DNA of 63,496 bases, the filler included, from Octopus bimaculoides (lineage: Eukaryota): assembly GCF_001194135.2 (NCBI RefSeq). It is 5 parts of 3 records of this genome, joined end to end, with 100 filler letters (N's around TTAATTAATTAA, not from the genome) between each part and the next. Parts side by side here need not be neighbours in the genome. Positions count along the whole stretch, not along the records: positions 60,498 to 63,496 come from NC_068988.1; 4 more parts are not named here. One strand, written 5' to 3'. The notes beneath the pieces were generated by a model that worked only from the letters and a program-made list of their open reading frames with translations, was not told the origin of the DNA and searched no databases. Numbering within the stretch: position 1 is the first letter of the stretch; the number at the start of each line of letters is the position of its first letter. The translations under genes and the position numbers were made by a program. This document shows, piece by piece, positions 63,448 through 63,496 of this stretch.

Positions 63448-63496
63448 TAACCCTAACCCTAACCCTAACCCTAACCCTAGGGTTAGGGTTAGGGTT
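63448..63496. repeat. Inverted telomere-type repeat (CCCTAA)4-CCCTAGGG-(TTAGGG)n at the window end
   Basis: Read directly; the palindrome is centred between 63478 and 63479. Confidence 0.95.

Noticed and set aside
63451-63496. Chromosome end-to-end fusion scar
   Set aside because: The repeat order (CCCTAA then TTAGGG) is opposite to a fusion signature, and the tract is very short.

Overview
AT-rich, microsatellite-dense animal genomic DNA with many N gaps. The SINE/LINE content suggests an octopus draft scaffold; this is inferred from repeat style, not from a database match. The only host gene I can support is a + strand class B1 (secretin-family, PTH-receptor-like) GPCR. Four GT-AG exons with consistent phases (1720-1847, 6311-6405, 8210-8378, 12802-12958) encode the end of the hormone-binding domain through the start of TM4. 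I found no downstream exons in the remaining ~50 kb. The rest is decayed mobile DNA: a full-length Tc1, a mariner, RTE, HERO, Dong/R4, CR1 and I/Jockey-like LINE fragments, a Gypsy fragment nested in an RTE, a solo LTR, several tRNA-derived SINE families, and four long fold-back elements. The most interesting signal is RNA-level. An apparently intact minimal type I hammerhead ribozyme (14014-14063) lies on the sense strand of the GPCR intron. A family of tRNA-headed, hammerhead-bearing elements with Penelope-like inverted 5' duplications is present in two copies (4364-4843, 60498-60800), each with different core or stem mutations. Four 100-bp gaps contain an artificial TTAATTAATTAA linker, so contiguity across them is uncertain.
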